Assembly (NCBI RefSeq): GCF_028641065.1
Contig: NC_073407.1
Coordinates: 20,956,001-21,020,000 of the forward strand
Direction: 5' to 3'
Length of the DNA stretch: 64,000 nt
From: Leucoraja erinacea
Taxonomy: Eukaryota
Each line of letters starts with the position of its first letter. Position 1 is the first letter of the stretch. The position numbers were made by a program, and so were the translations under genes. Positions 25,959 through 39,703 of this stretch are shown here, one piece after another. Below the pieces are notes generated by a model. The model was not told the DNA's origin. It did no database searches and was given only the letters and a program-made list of their open reading frames with translations.

Positions 25959-26973
25959 ACCCAGTGTAGCTCATTCTTGTCCTGTGTAAGTCTGTAGAGT
26001 CCCAGTTCTCCTCTGCTATTAACTCAAGAAATAATTTGGCCGCACACTAATGACGTTTGAATTACAACTCTTGGAACCACTGGTTAATAGAACCAAGAGG
26101 TGTCCAAGCCGTGTATCCTCCAGTAAAAAAAACTGTGCTCAGTGACCACTCGAACAAGAAGCTGGCAGAGTGATGCTCAGAACATACATGTAATGATATT
26201 GTTTAATAATCCTCCTAAATAAAAAAAGAAAAAGGGCTAAAATACCAGTCGGTTGTAGTCTTGTGTTCACTAATTTCTTTGGTGCCAGCTTTCCAGTAAA
26301 ATAACCAAGGTTGTCATTTAAATTCAAGGCATCTCAGCAAGATTACAAAGGAATGAATCCTGGAAGATCTGCATTAGCGGGGTTAGTATTAGGGTTTGTT
26401 CTTGTTTCAGTTGGACTTTCGTTGGTGACTGGCTGCATTTGTTATCCATGAACTCAGGATATTGAGATGATATCACCTACATTATATTCTCTTGCATGTA
26501 TAAGGCTTGTGTTTAAATAGCCACTTAGAATACATCTAAATCACCATGCACACTTGTCTGCCTGGGTAGCCCAGCGTCGAGCAAGGCTTCAACAAGGAGA
26601 AACTTGGAAATAACATTTTAAACAACTTTTCAAGTTCCCACATTTAGTTCATAAAAATCTGGTGTATATCAAACATTGTCAATGTGTTGTAAATACAAAA
26701 AGCCATAAAATATAAAACAAAGGTAATAATCATGGACTGATCTATGCACCACTACCACTTATTACTGGGTTGCACGGTTCCCTTGCGCACGCTGTTCTTC
26801 ATCCTTCGGCATTGCACCTGAAGGCAGCTCTGTGACTGTTGCATGGGCTTCCATCCTGTGCAAGGTCAGCCCTGTGCTCGGCACCCTTTGCAATGGTGCT
26901 GCACTGTTGAGGCATCTCTCTGTTGCATTGCGACAGATTGTGCAGATTAAGAAAGGCTCCTGTTCTAGTTGTG

Positions 26974-27103
26974 TCAGGAGACACTGCAGATTGTGCTGTT
27001 CTTCTGGTTCAATGAACTACATTGACTCGCATTCCTGGGGAACCGTCTCTTTATTCCCTCGATGTAGATATCTCTGTCAAACTGACCGGCACACAATGGG
27101 ATG
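26974..27103 (-). CDS. INPP5E: INPP5E last coding exon ([20 protein letters not shown]...STICSVS*)
   Basis: CaaX box followed by TGA. Confidence 0.95.
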
Positions 27104-30100
27104 CTGAAGGAGTAAAGCAGACAAGTTGAACACACTCTGAAATATTTCTGCTGCACATTTCCTAATATCCAATTTAGCTTAATACAGAACCAGTGCAAGT
27201 TCTTTATTTTTGCCCCCATTTTGGATAGTTTCACACTATAGTCCTTAGACTCTGTGTTTATCAAGGACTCAGTAAAGAAAGATGTGTGGACGTTGAACAG
27301 AAAAGAGAGCTGTCCTACAGGACCAGAAAAACATTTAGCATGGCAGGGGAGCAGAAATAAAAACAATGTCTCACTTGTCTTTTCCGGGTCGAATCTTTAC
27401 TTGATAGAAGCAGTAGACAGGTCTGTGGTCCGAGGTTTTGATAGAGCTGCAGGAGCCATACTTAACCACAAGAATGTCATCTTTATGCCGATTCTTGTAA
27501 ATGATTCTGTCCTGGAAGATGAGGAGAATAAGTTGCCTTTTGTTTCGATCCTCCCTCTGGTTCATTTGTAGTGATAGGAGCAGAATTAGGCCATTGGAAG
27601 GTAGACTGGAGATCCTTTCCTCACCCCCACCCACTGCTTGTTGTGTGTGCATGTTACAACCACATTCCCTACATTACAACTCTGACCGAGATTCAAAGGG
27701 ACACTTTTGCTGTGAAACACAATCCTTTCAGTTCTAGAGTTCAGACTTTAGAAGACTTATCGAAGCATCTGCAGTTCCCTCACAAACCCAAATGTTCATA
27801 AGTTCTACGGGCAGAAATGGGATTGAGAGGGACAGATAGATCAGCCACGATTGAATGGCGTTGATAGGCAATCGTGGCTGGTCTATCTGTCCCTCTCAAG
27901 CCTATTCTACTGCCTTCTCCCCTTAACTTCTGACACCTTTTGAATTTTCTTGTTTTCAAACTTAGGTAGAGTTCCATTAAAAAAAAAAATGCTACCATCC
28001 TTTCAGACTTCTAATGGATGATCATAACAGCTGCATTAAAAATGTCTTATCCTCCCTCTGGTTCATTTAATACAACTCTTAAACATGCCTCTTCTGGTTA
28101 TTAACTATCCTCCCCAGTGGGAAGTATTCCTAATTTTATCCAAGCTTAAACTGTTGATTTATGAGAACCTCAGATCCATTACCTTTGAATGTTTTCTGCT
28201 TCAAGAACAATTTTAGCTTTGTGCAGGGGCTCAGCTAATCAGAAGAATAAACGAGCGGGAAGACAGGTTAAAGAAGGGACAGCCACAGCCAGAGATTCTC
28301 ACAGAAATAAAACAAACTCCTTCCACTGATTCCTTACCGTGTAAGAGGGAGTCCTTTTCTTGGAACTACTGTCGTATACATCACATCCAACGTCAAATTT
28401 GTAGGTGGGTGGAAAACATATTTCAGCTTCTTTGAAGCCTTTGAAAACAGACCCTGAGGAATAAGGAAAGATCAGTGAGCTTTAATGATGTTTTCAACTT
28501 GGTACATAGGATGTGAACTGAAAAGTGCTACTGTCACATCATCAGCGAGCACATTCCCTCACTGCATACACCACAGACGGGCGAGGTTCCAATTACTAAT
28601 TGCTCTGAACTTTATACTGTAGTGAATTAGTGCCCATGGAACATATCACACTGAGTTTGTGCAAAGGAAACAAGTACTCTTAGAGAGTCAGTGCTCTGTC
28701 ACCTGCACCCCATCAGGTCTAGATGCCTTAAAATCCACAGCCTAGATGGGCCCTCACCCTGCTGCCCACCCCAAGTTGATGGAAGGTTGACAATTCATCC
28801 TACCCTCCTGTAGTTTCCTGGTTAACTCGTCATAGTGTAAAATGGAGCAGAGGTTTTCCTGGCTGTTGCTGTCCAGGAGCTCGTCGATCACTGCTCGCTT
28901 CACATCCAGCCGAAAGTTGAAGTCACCAAACCAGAAAACATTGTCAAACCGAGAGGTCACATCATCTACAGGAATGGGGAAATAAAAAAGAGAAAATGCT
29001 TTACTCCTAGTTATATCAAATTATGAAACTGTCGCAGGCCATGTCAGCCTGGTTCAGTGGCAACACACCAGATGTTCACCTGTACACTGCAACGCTCACA
29101 GGGCCTTGTTATTAATGGACTCTGGCGGGAAGCTTCAAGGACATGGAGGGCTTTAGATGTGAGGGGTGGACTGAGAAGGTAGGTCTTTTAGTTACGAAGT
29201 AACTCACATTGAAGCTTTTTATCTGCACTGGATCATGAGCTCATTATATAAGGTCATAAGTGATAGGAGCAGAATTAGGCCATTCAGCCCTTCAAGTCTA
29301 CTCCACCATTCAATCCCTCCTAACCCCATTCTCCTGCCTTATACCTATAACCTCTTGACACCCGTACTAATCAAGAATCTTTCTCTCTGCCTTAATAATA
29401 TCCATTGATTTGGCCTCCACAGATTCGCCACCCTCTGAAGAAAGACATTTCTCCTCATCTCCTTCCTAAAGGAACGTCCTTGTTGGAGTCAGGCCCTGCG
29501 GCCCAACTACCATTAAGCACTAGAAAAATGGAATGTGCTGGCAGAACTCAGCAGGTCAGGCAGCATCTGTGGATGAAATAGACAGGTGCCGTTTCAGGGG
29601 ACCTCCGATCAGTCTGCTGAAACACATATCCATTCCCCCCACAGATGCTGCCTGACCTGAGTTCCTCCAGCACTTTTTGTTTTGTTGAAGATTCCACACC
29701 TGCAGTTCTTTTAATATCAATTTATAACTAAGTTTACTCTAATGCCATTTTATTCTCCCCACACTTCTATCGACTCTCCTCCAGACTTGGCACCCACCTA
29801 AATGTTAGAGGAGATTTATAGTGATCAATTGACTTACCAAACTGCACATTTTTGAGATGTGGATGGGAACTGGAACACCCAGAGGAAACAACTTTCAAAC
29901 TCCACATAGACAGCATTGTAGGTCAGGATTGAACCCAGGTCACCAAGTTTTGAAGTTGGAGCACTGCTAACTCCGCTGTTATGCCACCCCATTGTTCTAT
30001 ATAACATCTCCCATCAGATAACACCAGAACTGAGAGAGTATATACGTCAAGGAGGGCTCGACCCGAAACGTCACCCATTCCTTCTCTCCAGAGATGCTGC

Positions 30101-33100
30101 CTGTCTTGCTGAGTTACTCCAGCATTTTGTGTCTACCTGTGATTTAAACCAGCATCTGCAGTTTTTTCCTACACAAGAAAGATTAAATATTCTGCAGTGA
30201 TCCAATCAACATTTTTCCCCCAATGATGATGGATCAATACGTCAGTCATGATATACAAGTTTTTTAATCTATGGTGGTCATAAATACAAGATAGGATTAA
30301 TATAACAAGCAAGGATCTCAGGAGAAACTTCTATCTGATAATGAATGTGGGACTTCTTACCAATTGAAATCGTTGAAATTAAAAAAAAAAAAAATCTATT
30401 AAGGGGTACCTGGAAAGTATAAGCTTGAGTTTAGTTTATTGTCACAGGTACAGTGAAAAGCTTTTCTCGCCTGCTAACCAGTCAGCGGAAAGACAATGCA
30501 TGATTACAATAGAGCCATTCATACCATGAATAACTTTTAATGTAAGATAACGGCAGTAAAGTCTGATCAAAGATGGTACGAAGGTCTCCAATGAGGTAGA
30601 CAGTAGTTCAGGACTGCTCTCTAGTTGTGGTAGGATGGTTCAGTTGCCTGATAACAGCTGGGAAGAAACTGTCTGTGAATCTGGAATAAGTGGATTATGT
30701 TGCTGAAAGGGTGAGGAGAAGAGTGGGAGAAGGCCATCTATATGTTTGTTGGTTCGGGTGGTCAGTTTTGACACTATTTTGTACACAAGACCCAGCTGGC
30801 TTTATTGCTGCACTCGGCAAATCGCACATTGTTCAAAATACCAGTACTCACTTGGGTTAGATCTGTACTGATTGGTGTTGGGAATGATTCTTGGCAGTCC
30901 AAGGGATTCTATTGTTTTAGTGTAGTCCAGCATCCGCTCAAAAATCTTCCCCGGCCCAGCTGAGGGAATAGAGAGATAAATTCTAATGAGGATACATTTT
31001 ACTGATACTTCTCCAGAACATCACCAAATCATACTTCACTTGCACCGTGTCACTGTCCCCTTGATTCAGAATACAGCAGCATTTTTAATACGTCAAATAG
31101 GTTTAAAACAGTGAAAATTGAATAACCATTGGGTAGCAGCCTTACCCAAGAAGATTGAGATTTTTAGACATGTGGGATCATAATCTAGGCAAATGCTTCC
31201 TAGCAACGCTAGACAAATGCCCACATAGCGGGCCCTCTGGATAGTCCGAGCTGTTGTCTTTTGGATGCTTTATTAAACAGACCAATGCCTTCAAGCTGGG
31301 AAAATCAGTCCAAATTAATTGAATTCAAATGGGCACAGCACTAAGCATACCTAAAACTGAGGTGCCAACCCAGTGATATAACATGCTGCAAAAACCAGTC
31401 ATACACAGATCTCAAAACCAACATAATAGATTGTAATCCTAGCACAGAGTTGTGAAAGGTGATGGGTCAATTAAATAGCTAAAAAGACAGTTCCAAGATG
31501 ATCTTCATCCTCGACACGCGAATGCTAAAGACCAGGCTGAAGTATTAGCAAACGTGTTCAGTAGGAAGTGCCAAGTGGCTGAATCAGCTCATCATATGAC
31601 GAGAGACTATGGACAGGAAAGGTTGAGGGATATGGGCCAAACATGAGCAAATAGGACTAGCTTAGATGAGACATCTAGGCCAACATGGACAAGGTAGTCC
31701 AAAGGGCCAGTTCCCATGTCATCTGACTCTATGATTGATCCATGATCTAGAGTGCATCTTCCTATATCTGCAACTGATTCTGCAAAACTTACAGGTGAAA
31801 TGAGAAGTAATGAAGAGGAAGGATGTCCCAAAAAAAGTGAATGAGATCCCCACAGCTCCTTTCGTCTTGACCTGGGAGATGATGCGAGTTGTCACAGATG
31901 CTTGTTCCACCTCTGAGGGAAGAACAAATAGACACATAACGTAAACCTTCAAAACTGATGATCCAGATATTCCAGCCCACACAGAACCAGATCAGTTCTT
32001 AAATATCAGGTTGTCCCAACCTGCACAAGCAAAACAGCTTGACACCTGAGAATCTACACTGTATCTAACCCAAACTTTACCTCTCTTAGGAATGATCGAT
32101 CGATTAAGAGGAGTGAGCTCTACTCAGTACATAACTGGTGCTATAGCTGATCTGAGTGTCTGAAGTAAGAGTACTCAAGCTTCTGGGCCTGGAGGTATGA
32201 TTCAAGGTCAGAATAGAAAATGAGCGACAATATTTAATGACATTTCTGAATGTTTGGCACGTTGATATATAAAGGCACACATGCAGTGATGTTAAACTGT
32301 ACAATGCTTGTCTGGCATCATGTGCAACATTCCACTGCACAGACAAGGCCTATCCCATCACTGAAGCAAGTCTCAGCTTGAGAGTTAAAGTCTGCTTCAG
32401 CTTAAAGGAGTTGACTCTATGTGGGCCATTTTCATTTTCCCCTGCCCTCAACCCTAGTTGCTGAAGTCCTCTGATGTCCCATCATCTGCCCAACCTGTGC
32501 TCCCTTACCCGACCAAACAATGAATGACCTGTCTGATCATTCCACCAATCCTCCCACCCCAGGCCAAATTCTCTCCCTCACCGAACACCGATCTCCTACC
32601 CGGCACAATCCTTTTCAAGAGAGAGTTAGATTTAGCTCTTAGGGCTGAAGGAATCAAGGGATATGGGGAAAAAGCAGGTACTGGGTACTGATTTTAGATC
32701 AGCCATGATCATATTGAATGGTGGTGCTGGCTCGAAGGGCTGAATGGCCTCCTCCTGCAGCTATGTTTCTATGTTCCCCTGACCTAGACCATGCAATCTG
32801 CATGGGATAAACAGAATGAAATAGATGTAATTCTTCAGGTCAAAGACCTTTCATCTGATTTTGTTTGGGCACAATCTGTTGAGTATTGTCAGCTTTTTCA
32901 CATTTAATTCAGATTTTCAGAATTTCATATTTAATTCAGACCGGCATGGTGACACAGCGGTCGAGTTACTGCCTTACGGCGCCGGAGTCCTGGGTTCGAT
33001 CCTGTCTGCACGGAGTTTGTATTTTCTCCCCATGACCGTGTGGGTTTACTCTGAGATCTTTGATTTCCTCCTACACTCCAAAGACGTACATGTTTGTAGG

Positions 33101-36100
33101 TTGATTGGCTTGGTATAAATGTAAACCGTCCCTAGTGTGCGGCCGAAGGGCCTGTTTCCTAAACTTATCTCAAAACTAATCGTAATTTTAAGCACCCATT
33201 GTACTCTGCTTTAAAATGTTGTTGACGAAGGAACTGTCTTTCAGTTCTCAGCACTCACCTGAACAGAACCAGATGAGGTCTCTCCTGATGAACACGGATA
33301 GTTGCAGCACTCCATGTGATGCTGAGCACAGCAATACAAAGTAAGGCCCCAAGATCATCTGCAGGCGGATCTCCCACTCTCTCCTTTGCAAAGGGGGGTG
33401 GGGGAAGGGGAGGGAATGAAATTAGGTCATTCAAGGCATGATCCTGGAAGGTGTCTGCTAAGACATTAAAAAAAATACAGAAACGTGGCTGTTAACACCA
33501 CCCCTGGGTCTATCGGACGACCCACTCCAGAGACCCATTCTCTCTTGGAATAGAATCCTGAGTTTGAACACCCTTTTCCATCCCATGATCAGAATCTGCC
33601 TAAATAGTTGGTCTCAGGCCATGGAGGGAGAGCAATTAACTAGTACCTTCAGGGTTGAAGGTAGTCTAGACAAGACAAAGAGAGCACCTGTGTTCAAGAA
33701 GGAACTGCAGATGCTGGAAGATCGAAGGTACACAAAAATGCTGGAGAAACTCAGCGGGTGCAGCAGCATCTATGGAGCGAAGGAAATAGGCGACGTTTCG
33801 GGCCAAAACCCTTCTTCAGACTGATGGGGGGTGGGGGGGGAGAAGGAAGGAAAAAGGAAGGGGAGAAGGAAGGAAAAAGGGAGGAGGAGGAGCCCGAGGG
33901 CGGGGGGGATGGGAGGAGACAACTCGAGGGTTAAGGAAGGGGAGGAGACAGCAAGGGCTAGCAAAACTGGGAGAATTTGAAACTGGAAAAATCAGAGCAC
34001 CTGATTTGATGCTGCACCAGTTTGGGATGAGAGAAGTATATTTTGGGACATTTTTTTTTTTTTTGGAGGGGTTTGGAGGCAAGGGGAGGGTACAAGAGGA
34101 ACTGATTGAGAACCTGCAAGACACTGGATAATGCCGTGATATTCTGCTGCTATTACTTGTCTGGGATTCCTTCCTGAGTACCGATGACATACAGGTCATG
34201 TATGGATTGAGAGTCGGAGGGCAGCAGCAGATCCTCCAGTGAATCCGGAAACTCCTGGGAAAGAGTGGAAACAGCACCGGTTAGAACAGGCTTGCTTCCA
34301 TCCACCGTGATCGGCGGGAAGAAGAAAAACCTTTCGTTAGCACAGTGCAATGATTTTACCTTCAGACATCCCAAAAGTACTTTGCAGGGAGTTAAATATT
34401 ATTTTACTTAGATTCATCCAGCATGGAAACAGGCCCTTCTGCCCACATTGCCCATGCCGACTAAAACGGCCAATCCAAACTGGTCCCATTTACAGCCAGC
34501 TACCCTATATCCCTTTAAATCTTTATGAAGGAACTGCAGATGCTGGAAAATCGAAGGTAGACAAAAGTGCTGGAGAAACTCAGCGGTTGCAGCAGCATCT
34601 ATGGAGCGAAGGAAACAGGCAACGTTTCAGGCCGAAACCTTGCTTGTTTCCTTCACTCCATAGATGCTGCTGCACCCGCTGAGTTTCTCCAGCACTTTTG
34701 TCTACCTCCCTATAAATCTTTCCTATCTAAACCTTTTCTAGTGCTTATTTTATTATTTAATGTGTGCATATGCTCTCCATCTGGTAGAGGTGGCACTGAA
34801 ATGCATTCAGGACCAGATCTCCAACTGGTTTACTTATTCCTGATTATAACGGGCAGCTGTGACCAAGTTGCTCGGCTCTTAACACATGGCAATTTAAATG
34901 GCTTGTCCACATAAAGCAGAGAGATCACGCTGGGCGTACCAAACCTAAACATAAAAGAGGCCAGGTGACTTGGTATTGATGCTGCTATTCTATATTCCTC
35001 TTCATGGAGGTTTTGTCTTTGTTCTGTTTCCTATGGTTAGTTGCTCACCTTCTTGCCTTGCGTGTTCCAGGTGGCAATATACACTTGTATCATTTTGTTA
35101 GGAAAATAACGCTGCAATTCACTGGCTCCCAAAAGTGATCCGCCGGCCAGGAGATTACTGTCCATGTAACTCCTGTCGAGACACAGAGGCAGATGTTACA
35201 GTGCAGGCATGGTATAACAGTCACTAGAACTCGCTATGTTCTTAGCTAGCAGTCTTTTCTGCACACCATTTGCCCTGCCATATCATTATCTTCATCTACC
35301 TTACACTTTGATCCCAGAGCAGTGCAGTCTATCAGTTGCATCGTGCCTTTCTTCTGCGACTGTGTATAAAGCCCAAACATAGAAAAAGGCATGGAGGCAA
35401 CGAATGAAAAGCTCTACGTTGTGGCGGACCTGGAACTCGTTGAGGTGAGGGCGGAGGGGAATGAAGGAGAGGCCTCTGTTGAGGACAGACCATTCCGTAT
35501 CAGAAAGGGGGCGTCAGGGGAGGATAGTGAAGACACGACAAGAGTGGGGGTTGGGGTCAGAGGAGGGCGGGAGCGAGATCTGTTGGGGGGGGGGGGGGGG
35601 ATGGTGGGTTGGTTTTCAGAGGAGCGGGGCGTGTGGGGGGGGGGTGTAGTCGTAACGTAACTGGTTAAAAAGGGGGGAAGAGGAAGACCCCATCACTACT
35701 GAGGTTCCCTGTAGGAGGGGGAGGGGGGGGAGCAATAGGGCCCAGCAAAGTCAGGCCACGTGGTGCTGGAGTCTGCATTGTGGAGGCTGTGAGCCTGGAA
35801 CTCTGGCGAGGCCCGCTGGTGGGCGGCCTCAGTGGCCCCGGGGAGACGGTGAGAGTCGGCAACCGCGGCAGTTTCGGTGGTCCGGGCCTGGGTTCGGCCG
35901 GGAAGGCGGTGAAGGTCAGAGAGGCGGTGGATGTTGGTGCCGCTCCTTGTGGTGGCAATCTCGGCCTCGTGGCTTGTCGGCCAGTCCAGCGGTGGAGCCC
36001 CAGGAGCGGGCGGTCGAGTCGAGGAGTGTCGGTGGAGGGAGTGGTCTGGAGGCGGGCAAGCGTGATCCTTGGCAGAGTCGAGGTTAGCGAGGAAGCGTTT

Positions 36101-39100
36101 GTTTTAGGCGTGGATTAGCCATTGAATGAAGTACGGTTGGGGTCCATTGCAGTTGTGGGTGAGTGAGGCTCGGAGCAGCGGGAGAGTCAGAGCGAGGGCC
36201 TGCATCAGCAAAGTCACTTTCAGTACCTGGATCAAAAAAACCCTGGTTTGTGCAGACATGATTCTACTTCCTCATAACTGTATATTATTTTGATCAGGAC
36301 AAGCCTATAGGCCTTCTATGGTTTGGAGGGGAGGAGGGGGGGGGGGGTGCAGAGGGTGGAATGGGCCGATGAGAGTAGGGGCCCTGATGGTGATTAAGGA
36401 GTCCCACAGGACTCATTGGGACATGATGAGCCAGTCTTAAAGCAAGGAAGTAATGCTGAGGCTTGTAAGGTGCTGGTGAAGCCACATTTGGAATATTGTG
36501 AGCCGTTTTGGACGCCATAATTGAAGAAGGATGTGCTGGCGTTGAGGTGTTTAACATAGAAAGTATGTGTAGGAGTAGGCCATTCGGCCCTTCGATCCAG
36601 CATCGCCATTCAATATGATCATGCCTGATCATCCCCAATCAACAACCCATGCCTGCCTTATCCCCATATCCTTTGATTCCACTAGCCCCTAGAGCTCTAT
36701 TTAATTCTCTCTTAAATCCATCCAGTGACTTGGCCTCCACTGCCCTCTGTGGCAGAGAATTCCACATATTCACAACTCTCTGGGTGAATAAGTTTTTTCT
36801 CACCTCAGTCTTAAATGGCCTCCCGTTTATTCTAAGACTGCGGCTCCTGGTTCTGGACTCGCCCAAAATTGGGAACATGTTTCCTGCATCTCGCTTGTCC
36901 AGTCCTTTTATAATTTTATATGTTTCTATAAGATCCCCCCTCATCCTTCTAAAGTCCAGTGAATACATGCCTAGTATTTTCAATCTTTCCTCATATGACA
37001 GTCCCGCCATCGCAGGGATCAATCAGCTGCACTGCCTCAATCACAAGGATGTCCTTCCTCAAATTAGGAGACCAAAACTGTACACAATACTCCAGATGTG
37101 GCCTTACCAGAGCCCTATACAACAGCAGAAGAACCTCTTTACTCCATTACTGAAATCCTCTGGTTATGAAGGCCAACATTCCATTAGCTTTCTTCACTGC
37201 CTGCTGTACCTGCACGCCAACTTTCACTGCACCTCCCCCAGACCTAACCCCATTGAGATAATAATCTGCCCCCTTGTTTTTGCTGCCAAAATGGATAACC
37301 TCACATTTATCTATATTATACTGCATCTGCCCACTCACTAAACCTGTCCAGATCACCCTGCAACCTCCTAACATCATCCTCTTCACAGTGCCACCCAGCT
37401 TTGTGTCATGTTCACACTCCACCCAGCTTTGTGTCCAAACATCCAGTGAATTGGCCTCCACTGCCTGTGGCAGAGAATTCCACAGATTCATAACTCTCTG
37501 GGTGAAAACGTTTTTTCCTCATCTCAGTCCTAAATAGCCTACTCCTTATTCATAAATTGTAACCCCTGGTTCTGGACTCCCCCAACATCGGGACCATTTT
37601 TCCTGCATCTGCCCTGTCCAATCCTCTTAAGAATTTTATATGTTTCTATAAGATCCCCTCTCACCCTTCTAAATTCCAGCAAATACAAGCCCAGTCGACT
37701 CATTCTTTCATCATATGTCAGTCCCCCCAAATATTTGTTTAGTTTTTAGTTTAAAGATACAGCATGGAAACAAGCCCTTTGGCTCACCGAGTCTGCACCG
37801 ACCAATGATCACCCATACACTATTTCTATATGATCCCAGTTTTGCTTCCTACACACTTGGGGGCAATTTACAGAAGCCAATTAATCTACAAACATGCATG
37901 TCTTTGGCATGTGGGATGAAACCGGAGCACCCGGAGAAAACACAAGGTCACAGGGAAAACATACAAATTGTATACAGACTACACCCGTAGTCAGGATCGA
38001 ACCCGTTTCTCTGGCGCTGTAAGGCAACAGCTCTACCGCTGATCCACTGTGCCAAGATGGTCCAGAGGAGTTTTACGAGAATGACCCAGGAGATGATTGG
38101 ATTAACATGTGAGGATTTTTTGATGTATCCAGGCCTGTACTCAATGGAGTTTTGAAGGATGAGGGGAGGGGTCTTATTGAAACCTACTGGATAATGAAAG
38201 GCCCAGAGTGGACGTGGAAAGGATGTTTCCAGTAATGGGAGAGTTTAGAGACACAGCCTGAGAAGAAAAAGACGTGCCTTCACAATGGAGATGAGGAAGA
38301 ATTTCTTTAGCCAGAGATTCATTGCCACAGATGGCTATGGAGGCCAAGACATTGGGTATTTAAGAAGCAGAGATTGATTAAGAGATAAATCAGGATATTG
38401 CCAGGATGGAGAGTAGATGCAATATTTTACCCATAGTAGGGGAATCAACAACCAGAGGACATAGGTTGAAGGGAAGAGGGGAAAGATTTAATAGGAATCT
38501 GAGGGGCAACATTTTCCACACAAACGGTGGTGGGTATATGGAATGAGCTGCTGAAAGAGGTAGTTGAGGCAGAAACGATACCAACATTTAAAAGACATTT
38601 GCACAGGTATGTGCAGAGAAAAGTTTAAGGGGATTTGGGCCAAAAGCAAGCAGGAGGGACTAGTGCAGATGTGACATCTTGTGCAGATGTGGTCCAAAGG
38701 GCCTGTTTCCATGTTGTATGACTCTATGAATGCGTTTGAGAGGGAAAAATAGATGAGCCATGATTGAATGGTGGAGTAGACTCGATGGGCCAAATGGCTA
38801 AATTTTGCTCCTATGTCTTATGGTCAAATGACAGAGCACCAGCAAAATTGTAGAATGAAATTACACTATAAACGGAAGTCCAGAAGTAAACTGAATGCAC
38901 AGTTAACCAAGAAATATTAATGCCAATTTATAGACAGCAAACTCCCACCATGAGCACCTTATCTTAGAGAGTAAACATTGCTGACAACACTGGGGAGAAC
39001 TTCCCTCTTCCTGTCAAGTTTCCTCTGGGTTTTTTACGACCATCTCCCAAGATAAACCATGCATGCACCAGTCTAACTACGCTATAACGATAAAATGGCG

Positions 39101-39671
39101 TAGCAGTGTTGCAGTCCTCTGCCCAGGTGGATAAACCTAGGTCTTGGGAACTCAAGTCGCTGCAGCGTGACGCAAGCCTCCAAGGTGAGAATGTAACCAA
39201 TGAAGCTAAAGTGGACACCTTGAATTCTACAGACAATTTGCAGGGGATTTAATGCAAAATAATTTGCAAACTTGCCCACCTTAGTTGTGAAGATATTCGT
39301 ACCTGCTCCGAAGATCCTCTGAAAGGATGGGAACCATGACACTGCTTGAAGAAGTCATGGAAATAGAGGATTGACTGTCCTCGGTGCCTTGAGATGGGCT
39401 AAGAAAATGGTTTTGCTGGTGTGACTGCACCTTCCCAGCTGCTTGAATGTAATCCACATAATCCAGGTCGATGCGATTACTGGTCCTTAGTGCTGACGAC
39501 TCTATATTTACAGCAATGGGAGGGAGCAGCTTGGTGTGCACCACTGGGGGCAGCTTCCTCCTGCCCGATGGCACTGGTTTATCAATGGCAGGTCCTTTGG
39601 GCTCCAGGTGGGGAGGGCTGTTCCAGAACTCTGTCATGCTGACGGCTGATCTGCGGATCTCACAATCTCGC

Positions 39672-39703
<32 letters not shown>

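Noticed and set aside
36649-37341. 230-aa plus-strand ORF
   Set aside because: It is the antisense frame of a CR1 LINE fragment.
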